A model generated the notes under the pieces. It searched no databases and was not told the DNA's origin. It worked only from the letters and a program-made list of their open reading frames with translations. Of a DNA stretch of 64,000 nt, positions 1-9,737 are shown piece after piece; positions within the stretch are counted from its first letter, which is position 1; the number at the start of each line of letters is the position of its first letter. The translations under genes and the position numbers were made by a program. The DNA is from a virus. The stretch spans positions 6,796 through 70,795 of IMG/VR virus record IMGVR_UViG_3300020416_001284, one strand, 5' to 3'.

Positions 1-967
1 CTATGACACCACCACCTTTATCATTACTGGCCGTTTCAAAACGTTGTGCATTATCATAATAGAGTGATACGGCTCCGTTCTCAACAAACTTCGCTACATC
101 TTCACTACCAGCAGAATTTCTTACTATTAATTGTGTAGAATCAACATAAAGAAGTCCCGTACCCGTTTCCTGTATATAACTATGGTTTCCATCATGATAT
201 ACCGAAAAATCTGATCCCGTCCCAAAAACTGCTTTTGAATTATCATTAAAGATCAAACTATTGGCAGATGCATCCCAAGTAACAGATGTAACTCCTGCCT
301 GAGAACCATTCAAATGAACATCCGATCCAAATGTACCAACACCTGCACTATTATTAAATCCTTCATTACCTGTCTGCTGTATTCCCTTGGTTGCAGTGAT
401 GATACCAGTTGAATATATATCTACTACATTATTATAATTAAGAGTTTGTGCTGTTAATATACCTGTAACATATGCATTGGCTGCTGTTAATATACCAGAT
501 ACAACAGCATTACCAGGAATAGTGAGGGAATCATTCGCATCTCCTATAGTTAATGGTTGCTCAAAAGAACTAGTACCTACACTACCATCAGCAACAGTAT
601 TAAGTGAGAGTGCAGTTCCTAAAAGAGTACCAAAGAATGTTAAACCAGAAGTAGGAGCAGTAGTGAATGTAAGTGTTGAACCAGAGACAGTATAGTCATC
701 TCCAGCATTTTGCATCACACCACCAACACTAATGATGAGTTGCTGAACATTTGCTGGTTCTACATTTACACCTGCTACTTGAAGAGTAAATGCAGTGGTT
801 GATCCATTAAATGAACTAGAAATATTATCTATCTCTCTTATATTAGATGCAGTCGAAGGATCTGTGCTTATCCATACGGTTCCATTCCACTCATATGTGA
901 ATCCCGAATTACTGTCAGTATAGGTATCACCCGTATCAGGAGCATCTGGAAAATTAAGTGTTGCCAT
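1..967 (-). CDS. Tail fibre protein (N-terminal part; truncated by window edge)
   Basis: Not in the ORF track because it is truncated. Manual translation from ATG at 967 gives MATLNFPDAPDTGDTYTDSNSGFTYEWNGTVW...FNGSTTAFTL...LIISVGGVMQNAGDDYTVSGSTLTFTTAP, typical of cyanomyovirus fibre N-termini. A late promoter lies upstream. Confidence 0.8.
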   Translation of the reverse strand, partial: MATLNFPDAPDTGDTYTDSNSGFTYEWNGTVWISTDPSTASNIREIDNISSSFNGSTTAFTLQVAGVNVEPANVQQLIISVGGVMQNAGDDYTVSGSTLTFTTAPTSGLTFFGTLLGTALSLNTVADGSVGTSSFEQPLTIGDANDSLTIPGNAVVSGILTAANAYVTGILTAQTLNYNNVVDIYSTGIITATKGIQQTGNEGFNNSAGVGTFGSDVHLNGSQAGVTSVTWDASANSLIFNDNSKAVFGTGSDFSVYHDGNHSYIQETGTGLLYVDSTQLIVRNSAGSEDVAKFVENGAVSLYYDNAQRFETASNDKGGGVI

Positions 968-993
968 TCTTCACTACTACACTACTTTTTATT

Positions 994-1000
994 TATTTAT
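994..1000 (-). promoter_or_regulatory. T4-type late promoter (ATAAATA)
   Basis: ATAAATA on the minus strand, about 27 nt upstream of the fibre ATG at 967. Confidence 0.6.
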
Positions 1001-1011
1001 GGTTCTACTGT

Positions 1012-2997
1012 TTATGGTTCTGCAATTTTAAGGGGGAATATACTCTGCCCATTACCAGGCCCTGCACCACAATATCCTATAAGTGGTGAATAATTACCAG
1101 GCACTTGAGTTGGTGAAGAAAGATCTACATTATTATTTCGTCCTAATTTTCCATATTTATTTCTTCCCCATACCCATAATGTATTATCAGTTTTAGTAGC
1201 AGCCGTCATGTTGTACCCACCTTGAACTGTTCTCCAAGTGGTACCAGGTATTTGTACCAACGCATTACTAGTAGGAGTAGTGCCATTATTTCCAATTTCA
1301 CCATAAGCATTTACTCCCCAACACCACAGAGTTCCATCAGTACCAATAGCAGCTCCACCCCCAGATTCACGAGCAGTTACTCCTTGATTTACTTGTGACC
1401 AAGAACCAGGCCCTCCCGTAACTTGTCTGGGAGATTTTGTAGGACCACCCATCGGTTGAGGTAATTGCTCACTATATTGACTTTCTCCCCATCCCCATAA
1501 TGTTCCATCAAGTTTTACTGCATAACCCTGAGCCCATCCAGCAGTTATACTTGACCAGTTAGTACCAGGTAATTGAACTGGTGATGATCGATTTGCATTA
1601 TTATTATCTCCTAAAATTCCCCATCCATAATTTCCACCCCATGTCCACATGGTTCCATCTTGTTTAATGGCAAAAACTCCTGTTCCCACAGGATGCAGAT
1701 GTTTTGGATCACTCGACCAGTTAAGACTGTTTCCTACTTGAGTCGGTGATGATACACCTACATTTGTGGTATCTGGATATCCTTGATTAAGTCCCAGTTG
1801 TCCATAATTAGCACTTCCCCATGTCCATAATGATCCATCTGTTTTTACTGCTGCACTCAATCTACCACCTTTTCCAATATTTGTCCAATTAGTACCAGGT
1901 ATTTGAGTCGGTGATGATATTTTAAGATTATTACTTTGATTAAGTCCCAATTGTCCCTGATCATTATCTCCCCATACCCATAGTGTTCCATCAGTTTTGG
2001 TGGCCATTTGCCACTCCATATTTGTTCCACCCCGTCCATTACCAATATCATACCAATCCACCGCAGTTCCTAGTTGAGTGGGTGATGAAAGTGCTACTTC
2101 ATTATTAAATCCTAATTGACCTGCCGCACTTCTTCCCATTGCAAATAAATTTTTAGTTGTAGGATTATAACGCACTACCTCTTTTGCTTGCCATGATACA
2201 CCTTCATCCCTTGTAACTAATTCAAATACTTGTGCTTCTGCTGATCTAATATTAGTTAACAATGTAGGAGCAGTTCCCCCACTCCAACCAATACCTGTTG
2301 GCCATGTTATAGTTCTATCAGTGGTAGTATCATCCTTTGTTCTTATAATATAATAAATTCCATTTTCCGTATTTGCAAATGATACTGTGGTATCAGCACT
2401 TTGAGTCATATAAATGAGATTACCACTACTCAAATCAATAGCAGTCGTTCCACTATTAGCAGTCACTGCTTGTTGTGATACTGGTCCAGAAGATACTCCA
2501 TCTAAATTACTACCATCCCCATACCAAGTTGTCGCAGTCATAACTCCAGCACTTATTTGTGAAGTTCCTGCACCTGGCCATCCACCATTATAACTAACTC
2601 CCAATCCACCAGCATGACCTGAAACATTACCAGTTATATTTCCTGTGACTGGTCCTTCAAATCCAGTAGCAGTTACCACTCCCACAGTAATTGCAGGTTG
2701 AGATGTTAAATCAGTAACTGAACCAGTTAAATTTCCAGAGAATGAAGTTGCAGTGACTACACCTACACTTATATTAGGACCAGAATCAGCAAGTCTTTGT
2801 ATATTTCCTGTGAGATTACCAACAAACGAACTAGCAGTTACAACACCAGCACTTACACTACTTCCTTGTTTAATACTTGTTGCAGAACCAGCAATATTAC
2901 CCTCAAAACTAGTAGCAGTTATGACACCAGTAGCCGTAACTCCTGGAACTGTCATATTTCCAAGTGGTGCTATTAATTGGGCCTTTTCCTGACTCAT
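1012..2997 (-). CDS. Fibre-like protein with C-terminal RCC1/BLIP-II beta-propeller (long paralogue 1)
   Basis: N-terminal MSQEKAQLIAP, VGVVTATSFxG repeats, then ~7 repeats of KTDGTLWxWG...G.LG...SSPTQ.PGT. Confidence 0.8.
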   Translation of the reverse strand: MSQEKAQLIAPLGNMTVPGVTATGVITATSFEGNIAGSATSIKQGSSVSAGVVTASSFVGNLTGNIQRLADSGPNISVGVVTATSFSGNLTGSVTDLTSQPAITVGVVTATGFEGPVTGNITGNVSGHAGGLGVSYNGGWPGAGTSQISAGVMTATTWYGDGSNLDGVSSGPVSQQAVTANSGTTAIDLSSGNLIYMTQSADTTVSFANTENGIYYIIRTKDDTTTDRTITWPTGIGWSGGTAPTLLTNIRSAEAQVFELVTRDEGVSWQAKEVVRYNPTTKNLFAMGRSAAGQLGFNNEVALSSPTQLGTAVDWYDIGNGRGGTNMEWQMATKTDGTLWVWGDNDQGQLGLNQSNNLKISSPTQIPGTNWTNIGKGGRLSAAVKTDGSLWTWGSANYGQLGLNQGYPDTTNVGVSSPTQVGNSLNWSSDPKHLHPVGTGVFAIKQDGTMWTWGGNYGWGILGDNNNANRSSPVQLPGTNWSSITAGWAQGYAVKLDGTLWGWGESQYSEQLPQPMGGPTKSPRQVTGGPGSWSQVNQGVTARESGGGAAIGTDGTLWCWGVNAYGEIGNNGTTPTSNALVQIPGTTWRTVQGGYNMTAATKTDNTLWVWGRNKYGKLGRNNNVDLSSPTQVPGNYSPLIGYCGAGPGNGQSIFPLKIAEP

Positions 2998-3004
2998 GAG
3001 AATA

Positions 3005-3020
3005 TTTTTTAGTTATTTAG
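3005..3020 (-). promoter_or_regulatory. Late promoter with extended motif TAAATAACTAAAAAA
   Basis: Identical 15-mer also at 5943-5957 (-) and 57154-57168 (+), each just upstream of a structural gene. Confidence 0.65.
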
Positions 3021-5938
3021 GTGGATTTAAGAGCAAAAGTTGCCACACCATTTAAGTTAACAGAGTGCCATGTACCTGGTATTTGTGTTGGCGATGAAAG
3101 TTTTACATTGTCAGCAGTTTGATTAAGTCCTAATACTCCAGTTTGATTTATCCCCCATGCCCACATTGTCCCATCAGTTTTAAGTCCCATAGCAGAACCA
3201 TTATCACCCGTCATACATTTTTTCCATGTAGTACCAGGAATTTGAGTTGGTGATGAATATCCATCATTATTATTATTTTGTCCAGCAGTTCCATTATCAT
3301 TATTTCCCCAAGCCCATAATGTTCCATCAGTTTTGGTTACAACTGTACATAACCAACCTCCATAGGGTGTAACTTCATTCCAGTTAGTACCAGGAATTTG
3401 TCTTGGTGATGAATATTGTGTTGTATCATTTTGCCCTAGTCCTCCCTCTGCATTACTTCCCCATGCCCATAATGTTCCATCAGTCTTGGTTGCCATCATA
3501 ACTCCACCATAATAGTGTTGTGCTACTGATCTCCAATTAGTATTAGTACCTACTTGTTTTGGTGATGAATATTCTGTTTTATTATTGTGTCCTAATGTTC
3601 CATATTCATTATAACCCCATGACCATAATGTTCCGTCAGTTTTAATTGCACCACAAGAGACAACTCCTGCAGTTAATTGGTATTCTCCAGTAGCCCATGT
3701 AGTATTAGTTCCTACTTGAGTGGGTGATGAATAACCTCCACTTGATTGATTTTGTCCTAATACTCCACCAAAATTATACCCCCATGACCATAATGTTCCA
3801 TCAGTTTTAGTTGCTAGACTGGACTGAGATCCGTGATTAACTGTTTTCCATGTAGTGCCAGGTACTTGAATGGGTGATGAACGATTATTTCCTGGTCCTG
3901 TATTATTACCTAATTTTCCTTGAGCACTACTTCCCCACATCCATAATGTTCCATCGGATTTTAGTACGGAGTGATGACCACCATTACCAACTGAAGTGGT
4001 TAATCTACTCCATGTAGTACCAGGAATTTGAGTTGGTGATGAAACATTAGAATTTGATGGAGTATTAAGTCCCAAGTTTCCTGATTGATTTATCCCCCAT
4101 ACAAATAGTGACCAATTCTTAGCCTCATTATTATAAGGTTCCCATCCATACCAAGTAACTCCACTATCCCTTGTGAGAAGTTGGAATTGTTGAGCAGCAG
4201 TTGCCGTATCACTAGTAAATAAAGTAGGAGCAACCCCACTACCATTCCATCTAACACCTGAAGGCCAAGTTATAGTTCCCTGTGTAGGATAAGTTCCTGA
4301 GCGAGCAATTGTCTGAGCACCAGCAGTAGGAGAAGATTCTGCAGTAATAGACCCAGTAGGAATAACAGTAGCTGCAGTAGCATCAGTGGTTGATTGAAGT
4401 GCTAAAAATACTGTGCCAGATATATTTGTAAGAGCACTGGATGGTGGTACAAAAGCACCTGTATAAACTGCGTTTCCTTTATTTACACGATAATTACTTA
4501 ATATACCATTAAAAAATGGAGCTCCACTATTATATGTTCCTCTTCTTCCAATATAAACAGTATTAGTATTATCCCAATTACGATTAGCAACCCCAGTTGC
4601 ATCTAATTTTCCATCTATGTATAATTTTGTTTGATCACCCGATGCACCCCTACACAAAGCTACATGATGCCATGCATTATCATCTACAGCAGTAGAACCT
4701 TCTGTAACAACATCATTACCATCTACCTGTTCATTCCAATCTATCACTCCACTTGCCACTTTCATTCTCAATCCAGAGTCCTGTACAGAAGATCTATTAA
4801 AGAATGTCCAACCTGCATTAGAAGTTGATGTCTTCATCCAAAATTCAACTGTCCAAGCACCAGTTCCCCATTGCCAATCACTATCAGTAGCCATACTCAA
4901 TCCATCATCAGTTCCATCAAAAGTTACTCCACCAGTACTATATGATATATTATAATTACCACCCCCACCTGGTCTAATAAGAGTGATATCCATTGCCTCA
5001 GAGGTATTTGCAAAAGATACTGTGGTAGATGTCTCCTGATCTATGGTGATTATATTACCAGCACTCAAGTCAATCGTTGTAGTGCTACTGTTTATAGTAA
5101 CAGTTTGAGTATTGAAATTAGTTGCTGCAATACCTGTTAAATTACTACCATCACCATAAAGACTGGTAGCAGTAACCACTCCCACATGAATATTAGTTCC
5201 TTGTACTACAGTTCCAGCTATACCAGTAGCACTTCCCGTTACATCACCAGTAACTGCACCCTGCAATTTATTAGTAATATTAATACTATTACCCATTCCA
5301 CCATGATTACTACAATAATAATAAAGAGGAGTGGGAGCATTTCTTGCTACTACTATCCTCGTATATGCACCCGCAGTTCCCTGAGTTCCATTTACAGTCA
5401 CTCCATCAGTATACTCCGTACTTCCTGCAGCATCAGCAGCAGTAGCAAGTCTTAAAGGGTGAGTCCCATTAGTTGAATCTGCCTGATCAAATGTATAAGT
5501 CGCACCAGGATAAAGAGTAATAACGGGAGCCTCTACTCCATCAAGATAAAAAGCATTACCTCCACCAGTTTTTGAACCCACAGTAACTGTGTAAGTAACA
5601 TTAGCAGCAGTGGAAGTTACTGCTCCTGCTTCAAATCCAGTACCTCTAGCCATACTGGTAGCAGTTCCTGTGAAATCTCCTACAAAACTACTAGCAGTCA
5701 ATTGACCAACTTTAATAGCAGATGAAGTTATAATTCCTGTTGCATTTCCTGTGAAATCTCCCGCAAAACTAGTAGCATTAAAAGCACCTAGATTTAAATT
5801 AGTTCCCTGTATAATACTCGTTGCACTTCCAACTATATCACCATCAAACGTCGCCGCAGTCATCACTCCAGATACTACAACCCCTGAAGCAGTTACTACT
5901 CCAATAGGTTGTATTAATTGTGCCTTAGTCTGACTCAT
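3017..5938 (-). CDS. Fibre-like protein: cupredoxin-like (YYYCxxHxGMG) module + LamG/ConA-like domain + RCC1 propeller (long paralogue 2)
   Basis: MSQTKAQLIQP start; LYYYCSNHGGMGN; WTVEFW...WHHVAL...LYIDG...GILSNYRV (LamG); RCC1 repeats. Confidence 0.8.
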   Translation of the reverse strand: MSQTKAQLIQPIGVVTASGVVVSGVMTAATFDGDIVGSATSIIQGTNLNLGAFNATSFAGDFTGNATGIITSSAIKVGQLTASSFVGDFTGTATSMARGTGFEAGAVTSTAANVTYTVTVGSKTGGGNAFYLDGVEAPVITLYPGATYTFDQADSTNGTHPLRLATAADAAGSTEYTDGVTVNGTQGTAGAYTRIVVARNAPTPLYYYCSNHGGMGNSINITNKLQGAVTGDVTGSATGIAGTVVQGTNIHVGVVTATSLYGDGSNLTGIAATNFNTQTVTINSSTTTIDLSAGNIITIDQETSTTVSFANTSEAMDITLIRPGGGGNYNISYSTGGVTFDGTDDGLSMATDSDWQWGTGAWTVEFWMKTSTSNAGWTFFNRSSVQDSGLRMKVASGVIDWNEQVDGNDVVTEGSTAVDDNAWHHVALCRGASGDQTKLYIDGKLDATGVANRNWDNTNTVYIGRRGTYNSGAPFFNGILSNYRVNKGNAVYTGAFVPPSSALTNISGTVFLALQSTTDATAATVIPTGSITAESSPTAGAQTIARSGTYPTQGTITWPSGVRWNGSGVAPTLFTSDTATAAQQFQLLTRDSGVTWYGWEPYNNEAKNWSLFVWGINQSGNLGLNTPSNSNVSSPTQIPGTTWSRLTTSVGNGGHHSVLKSDGTLWMWGSSAQGKLGNNTGPGNNRSSPIQVPGTTWKTVNHGSQSSLATKTDGTLWSWGYNFGGVLGQNQSSGGYSSPTQVGTNTTWATGEYQLTAGVVSCGAIKTDGTLWSWGYNEYGTLGHNNKTEYSSPKQVGTNTNWRSVAQHYYGGVMMATKTDGTLWAWGSNAEGGLGQNDTTQYSSPRQIPGTNWNEVTPYGGWLCTVVTKTDGTLWAWGNNDNGTAGQNNNNDGYSSPTQIPGTTWKKCMTGDNGSAMGLKTDGTMWAWGINQTGVLGLNQTADNVKLSSPTQIPGTWHSVNLNGVATFALKST

Positions 5939-5942
5939 ATCT

Positions 5943-5958
5943 TTTTTTAGTTATTTAT
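5943..5958 (-). promoter_or_regulatory. Late promoter ATAAATAACTAAAAAA
   Basis: Matches the T4 gp55-type consensus, immediately upstream of the ATG at 5938. Confidence 0.7.
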
Positions 5959-5970
5959 TGAACTTCTTTA

Positions 5971-8553
5971 TCATGAAGATAATTTGAATGCCATTCCAAA
6001 TCCAGCACCACCAGAAGCCTCCATCCAATCAGTACCAGGAATTTGAGTTGGAGATGAACGTTGTGTTAGATCATTGAGTCCTAATGATCCATACGTTCCA
6101 CTATTGGTATTATCTCCCCATGTCCATAATGTACCATCAGTTTTGGTTGCTTGTGATTGAAATTCTGCAGCAACTGCTTGACTCCAGGTAGTACCAGGTA
6201 TTTGAACTGGTGATGAATATAATATTGCAGTATTCAATCCTAAGTTTCCACGCGTACCATCTCCCCATGCCCATGCTGTTCCATCAGTTTTGGTTGCCAC
6301 CACGTAAGGTTGTGTTCCAATAGAGATATTCTTCCAAGTGGTTCCAGGTACTTGTCTTGGGGATGAATAATTGGTTCTATTATTTTGTCCTGTTGCTCCA
6401 TCATGTCCTCTTCCCCACATCCATAATGTTCCATTCGTTTTAATTGCTGCACTAACATCCCTACCACAAACGGGATCCGACCAATCACTACCAGTTCCTA
6501 TTTGACATGGTGATGACTTTCTATTAGCACCTGATGATTCATTAAGTCCTAAGGATCCATCCCCATTACCTCCCCATGTCCACAAGGTTCCATCAGTCTT
6601 AGTAGCCATTGTTTGCCTATATCCACAAGTAACTTTAGACCAGTTAACACCAGGTATTTGTGTTGGCGATGATTTTTTCGTGTCGCCTGATCCTGGCCAA
6701 GAAGCTGTTTCATTAAGTCCCAATTCTCCTCCTAGATTACGTCCCCATGACCATAATGTTCCATCAGTCTTGATTGCTAAATGAAATGCATCATCCCCTG
6801 CTGAATGACTCCACGTGGTATCTGCTCCTATTTGAGCTGGTGATGAATATCCATCATTAACATCATTTTGTCCTAATTCTCCACCCTCATTATGTCCCCA
6901 TGCCCATAATGTTCCATCCGTTTTAACTGATATCCAAGAGTTAGAAGTGTCTGCACCCGCACTACCTTCTAAAGGCATTTGATTCCAAGTAGTACCAGGT
7001 ATTTGAGTAGGTGATGACCGACTTGTTAAATTATTTTGTGCTAATTGTCCATAATTATTATATCCCCATGCCCATAAAGTGTAAGGACCGCCTGTAGGAT
7101 TGTCTTTCATCTCCTCCCATGCCTGATAAGATGCTCCCGTGTCACCAGTCGTCAAATGAAAGATTTGGAATGCAGCGGATCTTCGATTATTAATAAGTGT
7201 AGGAGTTAGATTATCTTTCCACTTAACAGTAGAGGGCCATGTTATACTATAAGTAATTGCAGTTGTTCCTGAGGCGGTAACAGTTTGAGCACCAGCAGTA
7301 GGAGAACTAGTTGCATTGAGAGTATTACCGACTGCTGCTGCCGTATCATCAGTAGTTGATTGACAACATAATAGTTTAGTATTGGTTACATTCGTAAGGG
7401 CTGATGATGGAGGTGTAAAATTCTTTGTATAAAGTGCTGTTCCTACTACTAAACGAAGATTAGATATAACTCCATTCGTATACTCAGAATTTTCTCCTAC
7501 AAGATTTCCAATACTTGCTGTAGTTGGACTATAATCATATGAATCACTAAAACTAGCTCGAGCAATTCCATTTATGTATCCAGTGGTAACTCCACCAGTT
7601 CTTACAAAAGCCCAATGATACCATACACCTGTTGTTATTGCTCCTACAACTTCTATTGCTCTTCCACCAGCATTAGAAGTGAAGAAAACAAAATCACCAC
7701 TAGCATCAGTTCCTACGTTAAAACCACTACCTCTAGTAGTAGCAAAGTGCGTTTGCCAATTAGTTAAAGTATCCTGTTTTACCCAATACTCAAGAGTAAA
7801 ATCACTCGTACCTGGAGCCGTGATTAAGGTAGTGTCTAATCTATCATCCGATCCATCAAAATCTACACCACCAGTGGAAAGACTTATATTCCAAGCTTCT
7901 GCAGAAGAAGTATCAGGATTTCTGATGATTGTTAGTTGTTCTGCAGGAGAAGTGCTGGCAAATCCAACAGTAGTCTCAGCTCCATCAACACTTTGAGTCA
8001 AATAAATCAGATTTCCATATGATAAATCAATTATAGTTTCATCACCACTTGCAGTAACTTCTTGAGCAATGTATGCACTCGATCCTGCTCCTGTTAAATT
8101 AGCCCCATTACCATGATATTGAATAGCAGTACATACACCAACATTTAAATTGACACCAGGCGTAACACTTGCTGCTAATCCAGTTATATTTCCCGTTACA
8201 TCTCCCGTCACATTTCCCGCAAAACTCGTAGCAGTTACAAGACCTACATTTAGATTTGGTGTTCCTGTTAATCCTGCTGCCTTACCTACTGCATCTCCTA
8301 TAAAACTTGTTGCTGTTGTAAGACCTAAATTTAAATTTGGTGTTCCTGTTAAGTTTGCAGCATGTCCTGTTCCATCTCCTACAAAACTTGTGGCAGTAAC
8401 TACTCCAACATTTAAATTAGGACTACCAGTTAACCCAGTTACTACTCCACCCTCGCCACTAAAAGAACTTGCAGTTATAACGCCCGTAGCATTCATGCCA
8501 GGCAAATTCATATTTTCCTGAGGATCAACTAATTGGGCCTTTGGTTCAGACAT
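5971..8553 (-). CDS. Fibre-like protein: 27-aa shaft repeats + LamG domain + RCC1 propeller (long paralogue 3)
   Basis: MSEPKAQLVDP start; LTGTPNLNVGLVTATSF repeats; DFTLEYW...WYHWAFVR...GYING (LamG); RCC1 repeats. Confidence 0.8.
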   Translation of the reverse strand: MSEPKAQLVDPQENMNLPGMNATGVITASSFSGEGGVVTGLTGSPNLNVGVVTATSFVGDGTGHAANLTGTPNLNLGLTTATSFIGDAVGKAAGLTGTPNLNVGLVTATSFAGNVTGDVTGNITGLAASVTPGVNLNVGVCTAIQYHGNGANLTGAGSSAYIAQEVTASGDETIIDLSYGNLIYLTQSVDGAETTVGFASTSPAEQLTIIRNPDTSSAEAWNISLSTGGVDFDGSDDRLDTTLITAPGTSDFTLEYWVKQDTLTNWQTHFATTRGSGFNVGTDASGDFVFFTSNAGGRAIEVVGAITTGVWYHWAFVRTGGVTTGYINGIARASFSDSYDYSPTTASIGNLVGENSEYTNGVISNLRLVVGTALYTKNFTPPSSALTNVTNTKLLCCQSTTDDTAAAVGNTLNATSSPTAGAQTVTASGTTAITYSITWPSTVKWKDNLTPTLINNRRSAAFQIFHLTTGDTGASYQAWEEMKDNPTGGPYTLWAWGYNNYGQLAQNNLTSRSSPTQIPGTTWNQMPLEGSAGADTSNSWISVKTDGTLWAWGHNEGGELGQNDVNDGYSSPAQIGADTTWSHSAGDDAFHLAIKTDGTLWSWGRNLGGELGLNETASWPGSGDTKKSSPTQIPGVNWSKVTCGYRQTMATKTDGTLWTWGGNGDGSLGLNESSGANRKSSPCQIGTGSDWSDPVCGRDVSAAIKTNGTLWMWGRGHDGATGQNNRTNYSSPRQVPGTTWKNISIGTQPYVVATKTDGTAWAWGDGTRGNLGLNTAILYSSPVQIPGTTWSQAVAAEFQSQATKTDGTLWTWGDNTNSGTYGSLGLNDLTQRSSPTQIPGTDWMEASGGAGFGMAFKLSS
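8221..8433. repeat. 81-bp-period tandem repeat encoding fibre shaft units
   Basis: aaaact.gt.gc.gt...acc.a.attta.att.gg...cc.gttaa recurs at 8221, 8302 and 8383. Confidence 0.75.
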
Positions 8554-8575
8554 ATTATAACTACAATAATACTAC

Positions 8576-8604
8576 TTGCTTTTCCTATTTATTTATACTA
8601 TAAT
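8576..8604 (+). promoter_or_regulatory. Sigma70-type (early) promoter TTGCTT-N17-TATAAT for hldD
   Basis: -35 at 8576-8581, -10 at 8599-8604, 17-nt spacer, ATG at 8618. Confidence 0.55.
8590..8597 (-). promoter_or_regulatory. T4 late promoter TATAAATA
   Basis: Perfect consensus upstream of the ATG at 8553. Confidence 0.7.
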
Positions 8605-8617
8605 CCAAACAAAAACT

Positions 8618-9397
8618 ATGATCATAATTACTGGACATGAAGGATTTATTGGAAAGAAATTTCTAGAAAAACTAAAAGATAAAGAGATTGTCACAGTTGA
8701 AAAAAGGAACAGTTGGCACTTTCGTAGTTTTAATGAGTGGCACAAGATAGAACTCATACTACATCAGGGTGCTATCTCTGATACTACATGCACTAATCTA
8801 AAAGCAATCAATCACTTTAATGTAGAGTTTACTCAGTGGTTATTCGAGCAAGCAATCAGATATCAAATACCAATGAAGTATGCATCCTCTGCATCTGTCT
8901 ATGGTAATACATCTGATACAATCAATCCTCTTAACTACTATGCAATATCCAAAGTCATCTCAGACTATTGGGTTCAAGACCACATGGATGAGTTTAAATT
9001 AATACAAGGATTTAGATACTTTAATGTCTATGGAGAAGGTGAAGAACATAAGGAAGACCAAGCAAGCCCAGTATCCAAATTCACTAAGCAAGTTAAAGAT
9101 GTAGGAGCTCTCAAACTATTTGAAGGGTCTGATAAGTTCCTTAGAGACTTTATATGTGTAGATGATGTTGTGGATATTGTATTGAATAACGATAAACCAT
9201 CTGGTATCTATGATTTAGGTACAAGCAATCCAACTAGTTTTCAAGAAGTAGGAGAACTAGTAGCAGAAAAATATAATGGTATCATAAAATATATCCCATT
9301 CCCCGAACACTTAAAGGGTAAGTATCAAACCTACACTTGTGCTAAAAAGGAATGGGATTATAAGTTTACTACTATTAAAGAGTATCTCCAGGTATAA
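8618..9397 (+). CDS. hldD: ADP-L-glycero-D-manno-heptose-6-epimerase (NAD-dependent SDR)
   Basis: MIIITGHEGFIG, HQGAISDT, YASSASVYG, PLNYYAISK, GFRYFNVYG, RDFICVDDV. Start moved to the ATG at 8618. Confidence 0.85.
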   Translation: MIIITGHEGFIGKKFLEKLKDKEIVTVEKRNSWHFRSFNEWHKIELILHQGAISDTTCTNLKAINHFNVEFTQWLFEQAIRYQIPMKYASSASVYGNTSDTINPLNYYAISKVISDYWVQDHMDEFKLIQGFRYFNVYGEGEEHKEDQASPVSKFTKQVKDVGALKLFEGSDKFLRDFICVDDVVDIVLNNDKPSGIYDLGTSNPTSFQEVGELVAEKYNGIIKYIPFPEHLKGKYQTYTCAKKEWDYKFTTIKEYLQV

Positions 9398-9737
9398 CCC
9401 TGTGAGAATCTTCATCAAAATGCTGAGTAGAGAACTCAAATAGTTCTGCGTCTTCTATTGCTACCATCTGATGCCTTGTATATCTACAACAATGAAAACT
9501 ATCACCAGGTTCTAGGATCATTGTCTTTGCATCTTCTAAGTTATCTGTCGGGCCATAAAACAAATGGATCTTCCCTGATTGTAAGTAGAAGGTCTCATCT
9601 TTTAATATATGATAGTGCCATGAACACCTATGGTTTCTCTTAATAAACAATAACTTACCACAATACTCTGATGAGTTGGCAATCCATTTCTCCCAACCCC
9701 ATCCTTTAGGTACAAATTTTGGTTTAGTTTCTCTCAT
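9375..9737 (-). CDS. Cupin-fold protein (sugar/sugar-phosphate isomerase-like)
   Basis: KGWGWE...YCGKLL...SWHYH..KDETFY....G cupin motif; EFST. Confidence 0.7.
   Translation of the reverse strand: MRETKPKFVPKGWGWEKWIANSSEYCGKLLFIKRNHRCSWHYHILKDETFYLQSGKIHLFYGPTDNLEDAKTMILEPGDSFHCCRYTRHQMVAIEDAELFEFSTQHFDEDSHRVIPGDTL

Noticed and set aside
996-1021. 11-bp direct repeat tttatggttct at the end of the RCC1 gene
   Set aside because: Too short and closely spaced to be an att site or target-site duplication; probably a local slippage duplication.
8576-8617. N-terminal extension of hldD given in the ORF track
   Set aside because: The TTG start overlaps promoter elements; the Rossmann motif begins right after the ATG at 8618.
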